Assembly: GCA_043801595.1 (NCBI GenBank)
Contig: JAZDLW010000028.1
Span: forward strand, 1,336-65,335
Source: Candidatus Aenigmatarchaeota archaeon
GTDB lineage: Archaea > Aenigmatarchaeota > Aenigmatarchaeia > JACPZZ01
Length of the DNA stretch: 64,000 nt
Reading direction: 5' to 3'
The position numbers and the translations under genes were made by a program. Below, piece after piece: positions 28,675-38,519 of this stretch (position 1 is the first letter of the stretch; the number at the start of each line of letters is the position of its first letter). A model generated the notes under the pieces. The model was given only the letters and a program-made list of their open reading frames with translations. It did no database searches and was not told where the DNA came from.

Positions 28675-30303
28675 TTAATCCATCCTAGCTATTATGTACA
28701 TTGCATGCGGCCAGAGGGACACATCGTTCTTAGTCTGCGGCGCAAAGGACGGTATTCCAAGCGATGTGAATTTTTCATCCAGCGAATCCATAACGATCCT
28801 GTATTTTTTCATGTTGCCTGATTTTTTGTGAAACCACGCAAGCCAGGCCGTGCTGACCGCGCACATCCGATCGGAGTTCTTGTTTCTTTTCAAGCCGTTG
28901 TCCCAAAGTTCCTTTTCTATTTTTTCCGCAGTATTTTCAAACTTTTCATTCCACGGTTCCACCATTGCAAACGGGACGACCATGGACAAAAGATAAGAAT
29001 CTGCGTCCTTGTCGTTGTAAGCGCGGTGATACGCGTTGTCGGAACACATGTAGATGTAAGATTCCTTCAGTTTTTGCGAAATCGGAATCCAGTCTTCGGC
29101 TGCCTCATCGCGTCCGAGTTTTTGCGCAACCAGTGCGGCCGATTGAAATGCCGCGTACGCGCTTGCCGCAGTGTACGCATTGACGTTAAAGCCGTCCTCC
29201 CACGGAGTAACGGACGGCGACATAAGCCCTGTTTTTGGGTTGTAGTTTTTCTTCAGTTCGTCCGTCGCGTCGCGTACAACCGTCCACATGCTTTTAATGA
29301 ATTTTTCGTCCTTTGTTTTCAGGTAATGAGAGCATATACCCCATATTGCCGTAGCGAGCTGGTCGGTCCTTTTTTCATTGTTATTCGTTATGGTCCCGTC
29401 GGCAAAGAAAAGGTATTTGTGGCGCGTTATCGCATTCCGAAGCCACGAATAAAATTTCGCAGCTTCCTGATTATAACCCGCCAGATCAAAAGCGTATGCC
29501 GCGTAAACACCTTCGCGTATCCATGAATACCTCGATGTTGTCGAAGATGCGAAACCGCCGTGTTCCCGGTCCATCAGCATTTTCATGTTCAACAGCGCCC
29601 TTTGCGCGCGCACATCGGTCAATTTCGCCTTCTTTAGCCACGTTTCCCAGAAAAATCGGGTCTTGTAAAGCCATTTTTCCGGGTCCACGTTCATTACTCC
29701 TGTCAGCGTCTTGTCCACGTTTTGTGCGGAGTTTGCTATTGCCATAAAAATAGCTATGTCATGCGTTCCGGTTTTCTTGTTCGGTGCTGTGAAAAACGAC
29801 ATGACGGAAGATGTTTCTCCCTTCTTCCTTTCTTCCAGCGAATCAAATGACAACTGTTCGCCAATGTCGTATTCGCGCACACTGTCATTCGACGATATGC
29901 ATAATACGGTTTCTTTGTTTTGATGGATCATTCCCCTGCCTTCCATGGCCACGGAATCCTTTTTCTGGCATTCGCCAAGCTGTGTTTTGGTATAAACGTA
30001 TACTACGGACGGCTCGTTCGACGACACTAACCTTATCATGCAGTCTTCGATTGGGAGGATGAAATCTTTTACGGAAACAATGGCGTTGCCCTTTTTTGCA
30101 ATGGTTTCGAGAACATTGGAATTTCCTATGTAATGCTGCCTTGATTTCCACTCGTCGAGCCAGGATACGCTGTTGGTTTCGAAAGAAAAGATTCCCAGCC
30201 TGGATTCCACCATGTTCTGAAAATTGTTGACTGTCGGCCAGAATAAATTGGTTATTTTAGAATCCTCCACGCATGCAAGCACGCTGCCATTACCGATGAT
30301 CAT
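28675..30303 (-). CDS. Glycoside hydrolase family 15 (glucoamylase-like), divergent
   Basis: IIGNG.L..V N-terminus, YSWIREG, TPWED, YTAAS.YAA, LWPHAM. Confidence 0.75.
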   Translation of the reverse strand: MIIGNGSVLACVEDSKITNLFWPTVNNFQNMVESRLGIFSFETNSVSWLDEWKSRQHYIGNSNVLETIAKKGNAIVSVKDFILPIEDCMIRLVSSNEPSVVYVYTKTQLGECQKKDSVAMEGRGMIHQNKETVLCISSNDSVREYDIGEQLSFDSLEERKKGETSSVMSFFTAPNKKTGTHDIAIFMAIANSAQNVDKTLTGVMNVDPEKWLYKTRFFWETWLKKAKLTDVRAQRALLNMKMLMDREHGGFASSTTSRYSWIREGVYAAYAFDLAGYNQEAAKFYSWLRNAITRHKYLFFADGTITNNNEKRTDQLATAIWGICSHYLKTKDEKFIKSMWTVVRDATDELKKNYNPKTGLMSPSVTPWEDGFNVNAYTAASAYAAFQSAALVAQKLGRDEAAEDWIPISQKLKESYIYMCSDNAYHRAYNDKDADSYLLSMVVPFAMVEPWNEKFENTAEKIEKELWDNGLKRNKNSDRMCAVSTAWLAWFHKKSGNMKKYRIVMDSLDEKFTSLGIPSFAPQTKNDVSLWPHAMYIIARMD

Positions 30304-30349
30304 GATAACTATTTGTCAAAGGTTAATAAAATGCTTTTCCTGCTTGTTA

Positions 30350-32074
30350 TTAGCGGCGATTAGCCAGCCAAGTCTTTTCATCGTCGCGAAGATGGATAAA
30401 AAGCTCCCGCAGCATTTTTACGTCCTCTTCTGTCAATACGGACAACAGGATGTCACCCTCGTTTATCTGCCTTCCGACAGTCGGTTCGTCCATTGAAACC
30501 GCGATACGCTTGCCTTTCTCCGCTTCGGATATGTTCTGGCCCTGTTCTTGGATCTCTTTCACAACGCCTACGATTTTGTTGTCATCCTTCCTTTTCATGG
30601 CGTAACCGTTCCTAAGAACGCCAAGCAGGACTTCGACGCCGAACACTGCGGGCTTTGAATCGCGAAAAACAAACCCAGGCAATATTCTTAATTCAACAGG
30701 CCGCGTTATCCTTGCAAGCTTCTCGCTTATTGTCCTTTTTTTCAGCTCTTCGGACCAGTTTTTGTATTCGTCCAAAAGCCTGTAAATGATGTTGTTTGTG
30801 ATGAGTTTTACATTGTTTTCCTTTGCCGATATTTCCGCGTCGGGAAGAATTTTATTGTTAAACACCATTATCACGCGGTTCGGCGGTTGTTCGACGGCTA
30901 TTTCCATCACATCGAATTTCGTGACAGCGCCCACCTCGGCCTTTCTTATTGGTATTCCCGCGTCTTGAAGTGTTTTTATTATCGCTTCCAGCGAACCGAG
31001 TGTATCCGCCTTTACCATGGCACCTTCCTGGCCTGTTGAAAATTCAACCGACGCAACGTCTTTTTTAACCATTTCTTTAAGCGATTCAATTTCATCCTTG
31101 TTCGCTGTTGCGATCAGCGGGTTACCGGCGACCGCACCCTCAAGTCCGATTGCCGAAATTTTTATTCCCGACGCGGCATGAGCGGAATCGATCTGTATGA
31201 AATTGTTTTCCGTGCCCATCTGTTTCAGCAGCGGAGGTTTCAGCAGGGCCTTAACTTTTGTTACGATCGGCTCCTTTCCGCCGATCACGATAAAATCGTT
31301 TTTATGTATGCTTCCATTATAGAGAATAACATCTATCGTTGTTCCCATTCCGCGCAATTCTTTTACCTCAAGAACGGTTCCTTCGCCGTTTTTTTCCGAT
31401 ACTTCCAGATTTTCTTTAAGGAAATGCTGCGCCAAGCCCGCGACCGTGACCAATAAATCCGCGATTCCTTCGCCAGTAACGCTTGATACCGGTATTATTG
31501 CGACCTGTTTTGTAAAATCGTCGACGCGGTCGAATCTTTCCGAATTAAAACCCTGCTCCGAAAGTTTCGCGACTATTTTGTAGATTTTTTCCTCCAACTC
31601 ATCGGTCGCCATCGATGACTGCGATCCGACGCTTTCCAAAAAAGACGCGTTATCTTTTCTTATCCATCCGGATATTTTGTCAACCTTGGTAGCCGCGATA
31701 ATGAAAGGCGTTTTGTAGTGCTTCAGAATATCTACCGATTCGATTGTCTGTTCCTGCAATCCTTCGTGCAGATCCACAACCAGAATCGCTATGTCCGCTA
31801 TAGAACCGCCCCGTTTGCGGATTGTTGTAAACGCCTCATGACCGGGCGTGTCCAATAAAAGAAGGCCCGGTATGGTAAGGTTGACGTTCATCTTCTCGAC
31901 CAGCGGTCCGCAAAGATTTTTTATAACTTCGATGGGAATTTCCGACGCGCCCACATGCTGCGTTATCTGGCCAGCCTCGGTTTTAACAACGGCCGAACCG
32001 CGTATCCTGTCAAGAAGCGATGTTTTTCCGTGATCGACATGACCTAACACAGCTACAATAGGTTGACGTATCAT
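30350..32074 (-). CDS. infB: Translation initiation factor aIF5B (IF-2)
   Basis: MIRQPIVAVLGHVDHGKT, EAGQITQHVGA, DTPGHEAF..RKRGG, KADTLGSLEA, GPTVGRQI-like EPTVGRQI. No intein. Confidence 0.97.
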   Translation of the reverse strand: MIRQPIVAVLGHVDHGKTSLLDRIRGSAVVKTEAGQITQHVGASEIPIEVIKNLCGPLVEKMNVNLTIPGLLLLDTPGHEAFTTIRKRGGSIADIAILVVDLHEGLQEQTIESVDILKHYKTPFIIAATKVDKISGWIRKDNASFLESVGSQSSMATDELEEKIYKIVAKLSEQGFNSERFDRVDDFTKQVAIIPVSSVTGEGIADLLVTVAGLAQHFLKENLEVSEKNGEGTVLEVKELRGMGTTIDVILYNGSIHKNDFIVIGGKEPIVTKVKALLKPPLLKQMGTENNFIQIDSAHAASGIKISAIGLEGAVAGNPLIATANKDEIESLKEMVKKDVASVEFSTGQEGAMVKADTLGSLEAIIKTLQDAGIPIRKAEVGAVTKFDVMEIAVEQPPNRVIMVFNNKILPDAEISAKENNVKLITNNIIYRLLDEYKNWSEELKKRTISEKLARITRPVELRILPGFVFRDSKPAVFGVEVLLGVLRNGYAMKRKDDNKIVGVVKEIQEQGQNISEAEKGKRIAVSMDEPTVGRQINEGDILLSVLTEEDVKMLRELFIHLRDDEKTWLANRR

Positions 32075-32121
32075 TGATAACACCAAAGATATTTTGGCAG
32101 GCGCAGTTTTAAAAACCCGCA

Positions 32122-32727
32122 TTAGCCTTTGTTTTGCCTTAGCAGAGCATTGATTGCGTTTTCAACCTGGCTGAAAACGTTTTCTATGCTTTTTGTACCG
32201 TCGATTATGACCGTATTCGGAAATTCTTTGGACAGTTCGTGATAACTTTTGCGGACGTTTTCCAGTTTTTTAACATCTTCGAAAAGTTCGGTTTTCGGTC
32301 TTGATTTTACGATCCGTTTGACTGATACTTTTTCCGGAACGTCGATTATTATCGTGAGGTCGGGACGCGGGAATTTTTCATTGAGTTTTTTCAGCCAATC
32401 CGCTTCCAAATCCAATGACCCAAAAGCCAGCGTTGACATTACGTACCTGTCTGTTATTACTATTTTTCCGGTTTCCAGTGCGGGGATTATTTCAGATCCA
32501 AGATGGTGCGCACGGTCCGCGCAAAAAAGAAGCTGCAAAGTTTTCTGGTCGGCCTTTATTTCCTTTTTTAATATCGAACGTATAACTTGGCCAATAAAAT
32601 TATTCGTCGGTTCCTTTGTTTCTAAGACATCATAGCCTTTCTTACGCAACCACTTTGACGCAAGGGCAGCCTGCGTTGATAAACCCGAGCCGTCGCAGCC
32701 TTCGAATGCGATTAGTTTTCCTTTCAT
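32122..32727 (-). CDS. tmk: Thymidylate kinase
   Basis: IAFEG.DGSG.ST, TKEPT, LLFCADR..H, DRY..S. Confidence 0.93.
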   Translation of the reverse strand: MKGKLIAFEGCDGSGLSTQAALASKWLRKKGYDVLETKEPTNNFIGQVIRSILKKEIKADQKTLQLLFCADRAHHLGSEIIPALETGKIVITDRYVMSTLAFGSLDLEADWLKKLNEKFPRPDLTIIIDVPEKVSVKRIVKSRPKTELFEDVKKLENVRKSYHELSKEFPNTVIIDGTKSIENVFSQVENAINALLRQNKG

Positions 32728-32728
32728 A

Positions 32729-32884
32729 TAACCCTTTTTCTAAAAGGGTTAATCGAAAAGATAAAGCTTTTGGCCTTAGAACAACGGAAAGCCGAAGCTT
32801 TCAACGGAAACCATTGGTTTCCGTGCACAGGAAAATCGTGATTTTCCCGTGCCGTGCATAGAAAATTTTCGAATTTCCTATGAA
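32729..32884. repeat. Cluster of palindromes (family A and family B units) between ndk and tmk
   Basis: TAACCCTTTT-TCT-AAAAGGGTTA+ATCGAAAAG; CGGAAACCA-T-TGGTTTCCG; GCACAGGAAAATC-GT-GATTTTCCCGTGC; CATAGAAAATT-TTC-GAATTTCCTATG. Confidence 0.75.
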
Positions 32885-32936
32885 AGGTCTATCAAAAATA
32901 TAAGCAAGAATCCGGCCAAATGTTTAGTTCCGGAAT

Positions 32937-33500
32937 TTATCCGCCGGTTATGTGAAACTCATCAGCCCGTTTGTATTCGTGAATCTCTTCGGGACGAAAC
33001 CACAGCGCTATTTCCTTTTTTGCGTCTTCTACGGAGCTTGAAGCGTGTACCAAATTGCGTCCGCCGGTGCCTGCGAGCGATGAATGAATCATGCTTGTGT
33101 GCGCGAAATCGCCCCTGATTGTGCCTGCCGGGGCTTCGTGCGGTGATGTCGGCCCGACCATTGACCTTACAGCCTTAACCGCATGAACACCTTCCACGAC
33201 CATTGATACGACCGGGCTTTCGGTTATGAAATTTATGAGGTCTTTCCACGTGTTTTCTCCGAGCTCTTTCTCGCTCTTAGTTGTCGCTATTCCGAACTCT
33301 TTCAAGCCTTCAGCGGTCTTTTTGCCAAAAAATCTGGCCATATCCCTTGGATAATGTTTTTCAGCGAATTCCCTGTTTATATGGACCATTTTCATTCCGA
33401 TGATTTTTAGGCCTCTTCTCTCGAATCGGCTGATTATCTCGCCTATCAGCCCTCTCTGCACACCATCGGGCTTTACCATCACGAAAGTTCTTTCTATCAT
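32937..33500 (-). CDS. ndk: Nucleoside-diphosphate kinase
   Basis: [32 protein letters not shown]-like [14 protein letters not shown]. Confidence 0.97.
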   Translation of the reverse strand: MIERTFVMVKPDGVQRGLIGEIISRFERRGLKIIGMKMVHINREFAEKHYPRDMARFFGKKTAEGLKEFGIATTKSEKELGENTWKDLINFITESPVVSMVVEGVHAVKAVRSMVGPTSPHEAPAGTIRGDFAHTSMIHSSLAGTGGRNLVHASSSVEDAKKEIALWFRPEEIHEYKRADEFHITGG

Positions 33501-33592
33501 TTTTGTCCACCTTGAAATCTTATTTGGTCCGATTCCTATAAATGCGTTAATTAGCCCTTTATATCTTTTTTGTTGGTCTTATTGATAGATAG

Positions 33593-34657
33593 GTGCTTGA
33601 AGTGAGTCAAAGATCGTATAACGCAGAGAGTCTGTTCATCGAAAACGACTGCATAAAGTTGGGTGACTACACGCTTTTCGAAAACAGGTTATCGCCGTAT
33701 TTTGTAACTTTCGACCCGCTGATAGGAAAGGCGAGCTTGCACAAAAAACTGGCAAAACAGCTCTGTGAAAAGCTTCGGGACTGCGGAATCTTGACCGACG
33801 GCAAGAATCCGTTTTTGCTGGGAAATCCGGTTTACGGCGTACCTATCGCAGCAGCGCTTACGCAGGAAATTTACGAGCAGACAGGACAGGAGGCCGAGGG
33901 TCGCGGATTAAGGTTCGGCTATTTTGCAAAGGAAGAGGACCTGTTGTTACTTGACAGAAATCCCGAAAAGACAAAGGAAGCGTTTAATAAGGAGCATGGA
34001 AATGTCAAAATCGTGAACATGCTGAAAATAGAGTCCACGGGTTTGCGGGGCGACGACCTTGCGTTTGTTGCAAGGGGTGAGGCAAAGCACATACTGAAAT
34101 ACAACTCGGATATAACAGGTATAGTGGCATCAGGGTACAGCGGCATGCCGTTTGCAACAGCCATAGCAAACGAGATGCTTAAGCTTGGCAAGGATCTTTA
34201 TGTGGCTTATGAGAGGCTTAGCACAAAGGCGTACGATCCCACCCAAAGCTTGTTCGTGGGAAAAACAGACCCGAACGGTGGCAAGGCGATAATCGTTTCC
34301 TCTTCGGAGCGTCCTGACTCTTCAGGTTTCTACGGATTGCTGCAGGAAGGCGATGAGGTTGTCACAGTCGATGACATTGCCGGAAGGGAGAAGCCGATAA
34401 TCGACAACATCAACAAGGTCGCGATGCGAAACCCGAGGGCAAAGATACGCGCGGTATTGGTAGGTGTTAACAGGGAGGAAAAGGACGGCACAAAGGAACT
34501 TGCAGAAAGCCTTAACGTGGAGCATATAGATCTGTGTTCACTGACCACTTCGCTGGAACTTCTTAAATATTGGACAAGTTGGCCTGACGATTCGAAGCGA
34601 TTGAGTCCCGAGAAATACGGAATGCTGATGAAATACCAGACTGAAAACATGTACTGA
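33593..34657 (+). CDS. Tandem orotate-PRTase (PyrE)-like fold protein, degenerate
   Basis: IKLGDYTL...SPYF and G.P.YGVPIAA in domain 1; GYSGMPFATAIA, AYER and VVTVDDIAG in domain 2. Confidence 0.6.
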   Translation: MLEVSQRSYNAESLFIENDCIKLGDYTLFENRLSPYFVTFDPLIGKASLHKKLAKQLCEKLRDCGILTDGKNPFLLGNPVYGVPIAAALTQEIYEQTGQEAEGRGLRFGYFAKEEDLLLLDRNPEKTKEAFNKEHGNVKIVNMLKIESTGLRGDDLAFVARGEAKHILKYNSDITGIVASGYSGMPFATAIANEMLKLGKDLYVAYERLSTKAYDPTQSLFVGKTDPNGGKAIIVSSSERPDSSGFYGLLQEGDEVVTVDDIAGREKPIIDNINKVAMRNPRAKIRAVLVGVNREEKDGTKELAESLNVEHIDLCSLTTSLELLKYWTSWPDDSKRLSPEKYGMLMKYQTENMY

Positions 34658-34658
34658 T

Positions 34659-35501
34659 TTATGCGACCTTGTACCGTGATTGGAAATAATTTTTTATGTT
34701 CTGGAGGTCCCTCTGTTTCATAATATCCGCGTTCGGATAATCCGGCGGAACAGCTTGAGGCCAATCTATGTAGTAAAGCTCTCCCTCATCCGTGACCATT
34801 ATATTGAACTCGGAAAAATCGCCGTGGACCCATTTTTCCGCGGCCTTTTCATAATCTTCCAGGATAAGAGCGAGAACGTCTTCCGGTTCTTTCAGCCGAA
34901 TCTTTGCAAGAATTTGTGCGGGCAGGGATTTTTTGCCGACAAGTTCCATGCACACAGCATGCCTGTTTATTGCGTACGGTTCCGGAACCGGGATTATTTT
35001 GTGCAGGTCCGAAAGCGCCTTGAATTCTATCTGCGCCTTCGCTCTTGGCACATCGACCTCGTTCTCCAGTATATTTAATTTTTCCGCGAACATGCGTATT
35101 GCTGTCCACGAAAAAGATTTTTTTATTTTCAGGAACTCTTTCTGGTTGTACCTGTGCATTTTTATCGCAGCGAAGCCTTTCGGCGTTTCGGCTGACAATA
35201 TTACCGATTCTTTTCCCGTTCCTATTCTAGAACCAATGTTTGTTATTACCCCATGTTTTTTGAAATCCCAGAGCGAGAGAACGTCAAGGCCGGTTTCGGT
35301 TATTTTAACAGCCTTTTTGGAGTCTTTTCGCGTATAGAACGAAACGTATTCCATTTTGTTCAGTTCGGAAATTAATGCGCCAGTTTTTCTCCTATATGCA
35401 GGCAGTTTTTCCGCTATTATTTCCACGGGAAGGTGCATATACCTGCGTTTCATTCCCTCTATCACACGCAATACGGCAATGTGCTCTTCGTTTATCCTCA
35501 C
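34659..35501 (-). CDS. rio2: RIO2-type Ser/Thr kinase
   Basis: N-terminal wHTH (LRVIE.MKR.Y..LP.E.I), IGTGKES, HGDFSEFNI, YIDWPQ. Confidence 0.9.
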   Translation of the reverse strand: MRINEEHIAVLRVIEGMKRRYMHLPVEIIAEKLPAYRRKTGALISELNKMEYVSFYTRKDSKKAVKITETGLDVLSLWDFKKHGVITNIGSRIGTGKESVILSAETPKGFAAIKMHRYNQKEFLKIKKSFSWTAIRMFAEKLNILENEVDVPRAKAQIEFKALSDLHKIIPVPEPYAINRHAVCMELVGKKSLPAQILAKIRLKEPEDVLALILEDYEKAAEKWVHGDFSEFNIMVTDEGELYYIDWPQAVPPDYPNADIMKQRDLQNIKNYFQSRYKVA

Positions 35502-36037
35502 AACGTTACCATCCTTGAAAATATCTTTTCTATTCGTGCCTTGATTTTTTTGTCAGCTTTTACAACAACAACGCCTTTGTACCATATGCCATAAACCACA
35601 ATAGAATTGACAGGACAGTATTTTATTGCGGGCAGCGCGGCAAGGTCTTCTTCGCCCTTCACAACAATTATGGACTTGCCCCCTTTATCAAAGGCTTCCT
35701 TTACGGTTTTCATGAGCCCGTCCGATATGGTAGCCGGTTTGTTTATCGCTTTTAAAAAGTCGCCTATAATCGCAGGCGACCATCTTATTCTTGTTCGTCT
35801 TGTTTTTTTGTCGATTATTGACATGTCCGGAGTTATACAGTTGTCGAGGAGCGATCTTGTGCAAACATCGCCTATTGCGACGAGTTTTCTGAAATGCGCG
35901 TTTTTGACATAGTTGACAAGTTTTTTTGTGTTGTCGAAAACCCTTCCAAGCGGTTTTCGCATTTCTTTGCGCATGGCTTTCGGCAGCAAATACATACTAT
36001 AAGATTCGGTCAGGTGATTAATATCTAAATAAGACAT
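35498..36037 (-). CDS. GTP-dependent dephospho-CoA kinase (DUF359)
   Basis: LP..MR.EMRKPLG, VAIGDVCT..L, I.D.KTRR, V.GEEDLAALP, VVYG. Start uncertain (36037 or 35995). Confidence 0.85.
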   Translation of the reverse strand: MSYLDINHLTESYSMYLLPKAMRKEMRKPLGRVFDNTKKLVNYVKNAHFRKLVAIGDVCTRSLLDNCITPDMSIIDKKTRRTRIRWSPAIIGDFLKAINKPATISDGLMKTVKEAFDKGGKSIIVVKGEEDLAALPAIKYCPVNSIVVYGIWYKGVVVVKADKKIKARIEKIFSRMVTL

Positions 36038-37298
36038 CCGGGCATTTTTTCGCCAGTTCTTCGATTTCTTTGAAATATTCGTTTGCGCTTCGCAATTTAG
36101 CCTTGTCAATGAGCGGTTCCTGTCCCCTTGTCATTTCCTTTTTGTGCAGATAATTGAATATCCTTTTCGATGTGGTCAGTATGTGCAGCGCGCTTTTAGG
36201 ATCTTCAATCTTCCATGTTTCTTTGAGATAATCTTCGAACCCCTTTTTTGTACAGTCCAATTCCTCTATGGACACCAGTTCGATTATGTCGTTGACAATC
36301 ACGTTAGGATTTTCGTGTCTCAACGTTTCCAAATATTTCCTCATAGACCTGTAACTTACTGCGGAGTCATCTATCGGCAAAATGACATCAGCGTCATGCG
36401 CGTAACCGAAAAGCTCGCCCTCGGGCCTGTGCCTGTTTTTTGCAACCAAGAACACCTTGTCGCCGCGTTCAACGCCCTTTATGTCGTACACAACCCGCCT
36501 CATTCCGCCTTCGATGACTGTTCTTGCCCTTTCGTATGCCAATTTTTTGGTTTTTGAACCGTTTGTGTGGTTGTCATCGTACAGGGTTTTTAGTATAGCA
36601 ACCGCGCCCACAAGACCGTCGATATCTTCGCCTACTATGGCGTCAAAATATTCGTTGCTGTCCCTGATATTCTTGGCGCATTTTGCAGCGAACGTTTTTG
36701 TTCCGTGAACCGACAGCTGGTCTGACATTTCGGCCTTGCCGCGTATTGTTACGCCTATCTCTTTCAATTTGTTTTCAATTGAAAATTTCCCTTCATCCTG
36801 TTTGTCGTTGAAAACGAAGTACCGGTCGGTTTTGTCGTATTTGGCTATTTCCATTGCTGTTGCGACAACCAGAGGAATTGCTTTTTTTGACGGACCTCCC
36901 ATATATCGCGGCACTGCTATGCCTTCGGCGTCGATGAAATCGTGCAACAAATATGACGCTTTTGCTATCTCAGCCACGGTTTCGGATCCGAGCTTGATCT
37001 TGTACGGCGGTTTGTCGGTCCTGTAAGAGCCTGCCGCTTTGCGGAGTTCCGAAATTATTTCGGGCGTGTCAAAGGTGCTTGGTGCGAGACTTAACTGATT
37101 TGTAGACAGCAAAAATCCGATGAACTGTTCCTCTACCGCTTCCCTGAACATGTAATCCTTTGCAAGCGTGTCGGTGTATTCGAGCTGCCTTCTTGACGGT
37201 TTCACGATGCCGCGGTTTCCTACGACATTTTTAGTAGTGTAAACTCTATCCGCGCCCTCGTATCTTAGTCCTTCAGTTGCCATGCTTGTCATCATCAC
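36018..37298 (-). CDS. Second tandem PRTase-like fold protein, highly divergent
   Basis: GGPSKKAIPLVVATA and FVFNDKQ echo PyrE GPAYKGIP and FNRKE; second half DAIVG..IDG, LAYER, ILPIDDS. Confidence 0.5.
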   Translation of the reverse strand: MMMTSMATEGLRYEGADRVYTTKNVVGNRGIVKPSRRQLEYTDTLAKDYMFREAVEEQFIGFLLSTNQLSLAPSTFDTPEIISELRKAAGSYRTDKPPYKIKLGSETVAEIAKASYLLHDFIDAEGIAVPRYMGGPSKKAIPLVVATAMEIAKYDKTDRYFVFNDKQDEGKFSIENKLKEIGVTIRGKAEMSDQLSVHGTKTFAAKCAKNIRDSNEYFDAIVGEDIDGLVGAVAILKTLYDDNHTNGSKTKKLAYERARTVIEGGMRRVVYDIKGVERGDKVFLVAKNRHRPEGELFGYAHDADVILPIDDSAVSYRSMRKYLETLRHENPNVIVNDIIELVSIEELDCTKKGFEDYLKETWKIEDPKSALHILTTSKRIFNYLHKKEMTRGQEPLIDKAKLRSANEYFKEIEELAKKCPDVLFRY

Positions 37299-37467
37299 CG
37301 GAAATTTATTACGTTATTTTGTTTTTCCTTTTTAATGCCTAGCCGCAGAAAAGCAAAGAACAAAGCCGGCACAACGGTTTTATTACCTTTCAGGAATTAA
37401 CAGAAGACAAATATAAACCTTTGCACTATTTTGCGGTTTCGCTTATAAAGGTATGTACGACGCCTGA

Positions 37468-38433
37468 TCAGTTTTTGCTATCTAATATAATTTGGGCCAG
37501 CAGAGCTTCAAGCTGAATTATTTCGTTGCATCCCTCTGACAAACGAAATTCACATTCGCCTATTTTTTCCAGCATGGATATTTTCGCCTTTTCAGCCACG
37601 TCCAAGTCGAATACTTGTTTGTGAATCTCCGAAATTATGTCCCTGCCCGAGAGGCCTTGTTCGATGACCAGTTTTTTCAGAACACCCCTCGCTGTTTTGA
37701 AATCGCCCTTTGACGCGTGTTCAAGCATTTCCTTTATTTCCTTCGGTTTCGCTTTTGAAGCTATTTCAAAAATATCGCTTTCCGAAATTTCGTCTTTAGT
37801 TGTCGCCGCGGTTTGCAGGATATTTATCGCCTTGCGCATGTCGCCCTCCGATATAATGGCAACGGCTTTTATCGCGGACTTGCTTATTTTCAGGCCTTCT
37901 TTAACAGCGACATTTTCCAGCTGTTTTTCCACATGCTCCGAATCCAGAGGCTTGAACCGAAATACTGCGCAGCGTGATTGGATCGGTTCTATGATTTTCG
38001 AGGAAAAATTGCAACTGATTATGAATCTTGCAGTGTTTGTATAATTTTCCATTGTGCGGCGCAGCGCATTCTGTGCCTCGTTCGTCAGCGCATCAGCTTC
38101 GTCGAGAAATATCAGCTTGAAGGGAAGGTTTCCCAATGATTTTGTGCGGGCGAATTCCTTGACCTTGTTGCGGATCACGTCGATCCCGCGTTCATCCGAC
38201 GCGTTCAGATCCAGAAAATTGTACTTCCAGGCGTCGCCGAACAGCTTTCTTGCGATCATCAGCGCGGCCGTTGTTTTTCCGCAGCCCGCGGGTCCTGCGA
38301 ACATCATGTGCGGAAGGCTTCTGCTTTTGACGAAATTTTCGAGGCGCCGGATAACGTGTTCTTGCCCGACAAATTCGTTGAACTCCTTCGGTCTGTGTTT
38401 TTCCGTCCATATTTCAAACTGTTTTTCCTGCAT
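37468..38433 (-). CDS. rfcS: Replication factor C small subunit
   Basis: WTEKHRP, GPAGCGKT, LNASDERGIDVIR, LDEADAL, IQSRC. No intein. Confidence 0.97.
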   Translation of the reverse strand: MQEKQFEIWTEKHRPKEFNEFVGQEHVIRRLENFVKSRSLPHMMFAGPAGCGKTTAALMIARKLFGDAWKYNFLDLNASDERGIDVIRNKVKEFARTKSLGNLPFKLIFLDEADALTNEAQNALRRTMENYTNTARFIISCNFSSKIIEPIQSRCAVFRFKPLDSEHVEKQLENVAVKEGLKISKSAIKAVAIISEGDMRKAINILQTAATTKDEISESDIFEIASKAKPKEIKEMLEHASKGDFKTARGVLKKLVIEQGLSGRDIISEIHKQVFDLDVAEKAKISMLEKIGECEFRLSEGCNEIIQLEALLAQIILDSKN

Positions 38434-38519
38434 AGACAGTCAATAATACTCAAACTAATATTAAATATAGGGTTATAAACAGTCAAAACGGCTGCCAACT
38501 GTTGGTACAGGTCGAGACT

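Noticed and set aside
30350-38433. Inteins in infB or rfcS (common archaeal hosts)
   Set aside because: Both proteins are of normal length and contiguous across the usual P-loop insertion sites.
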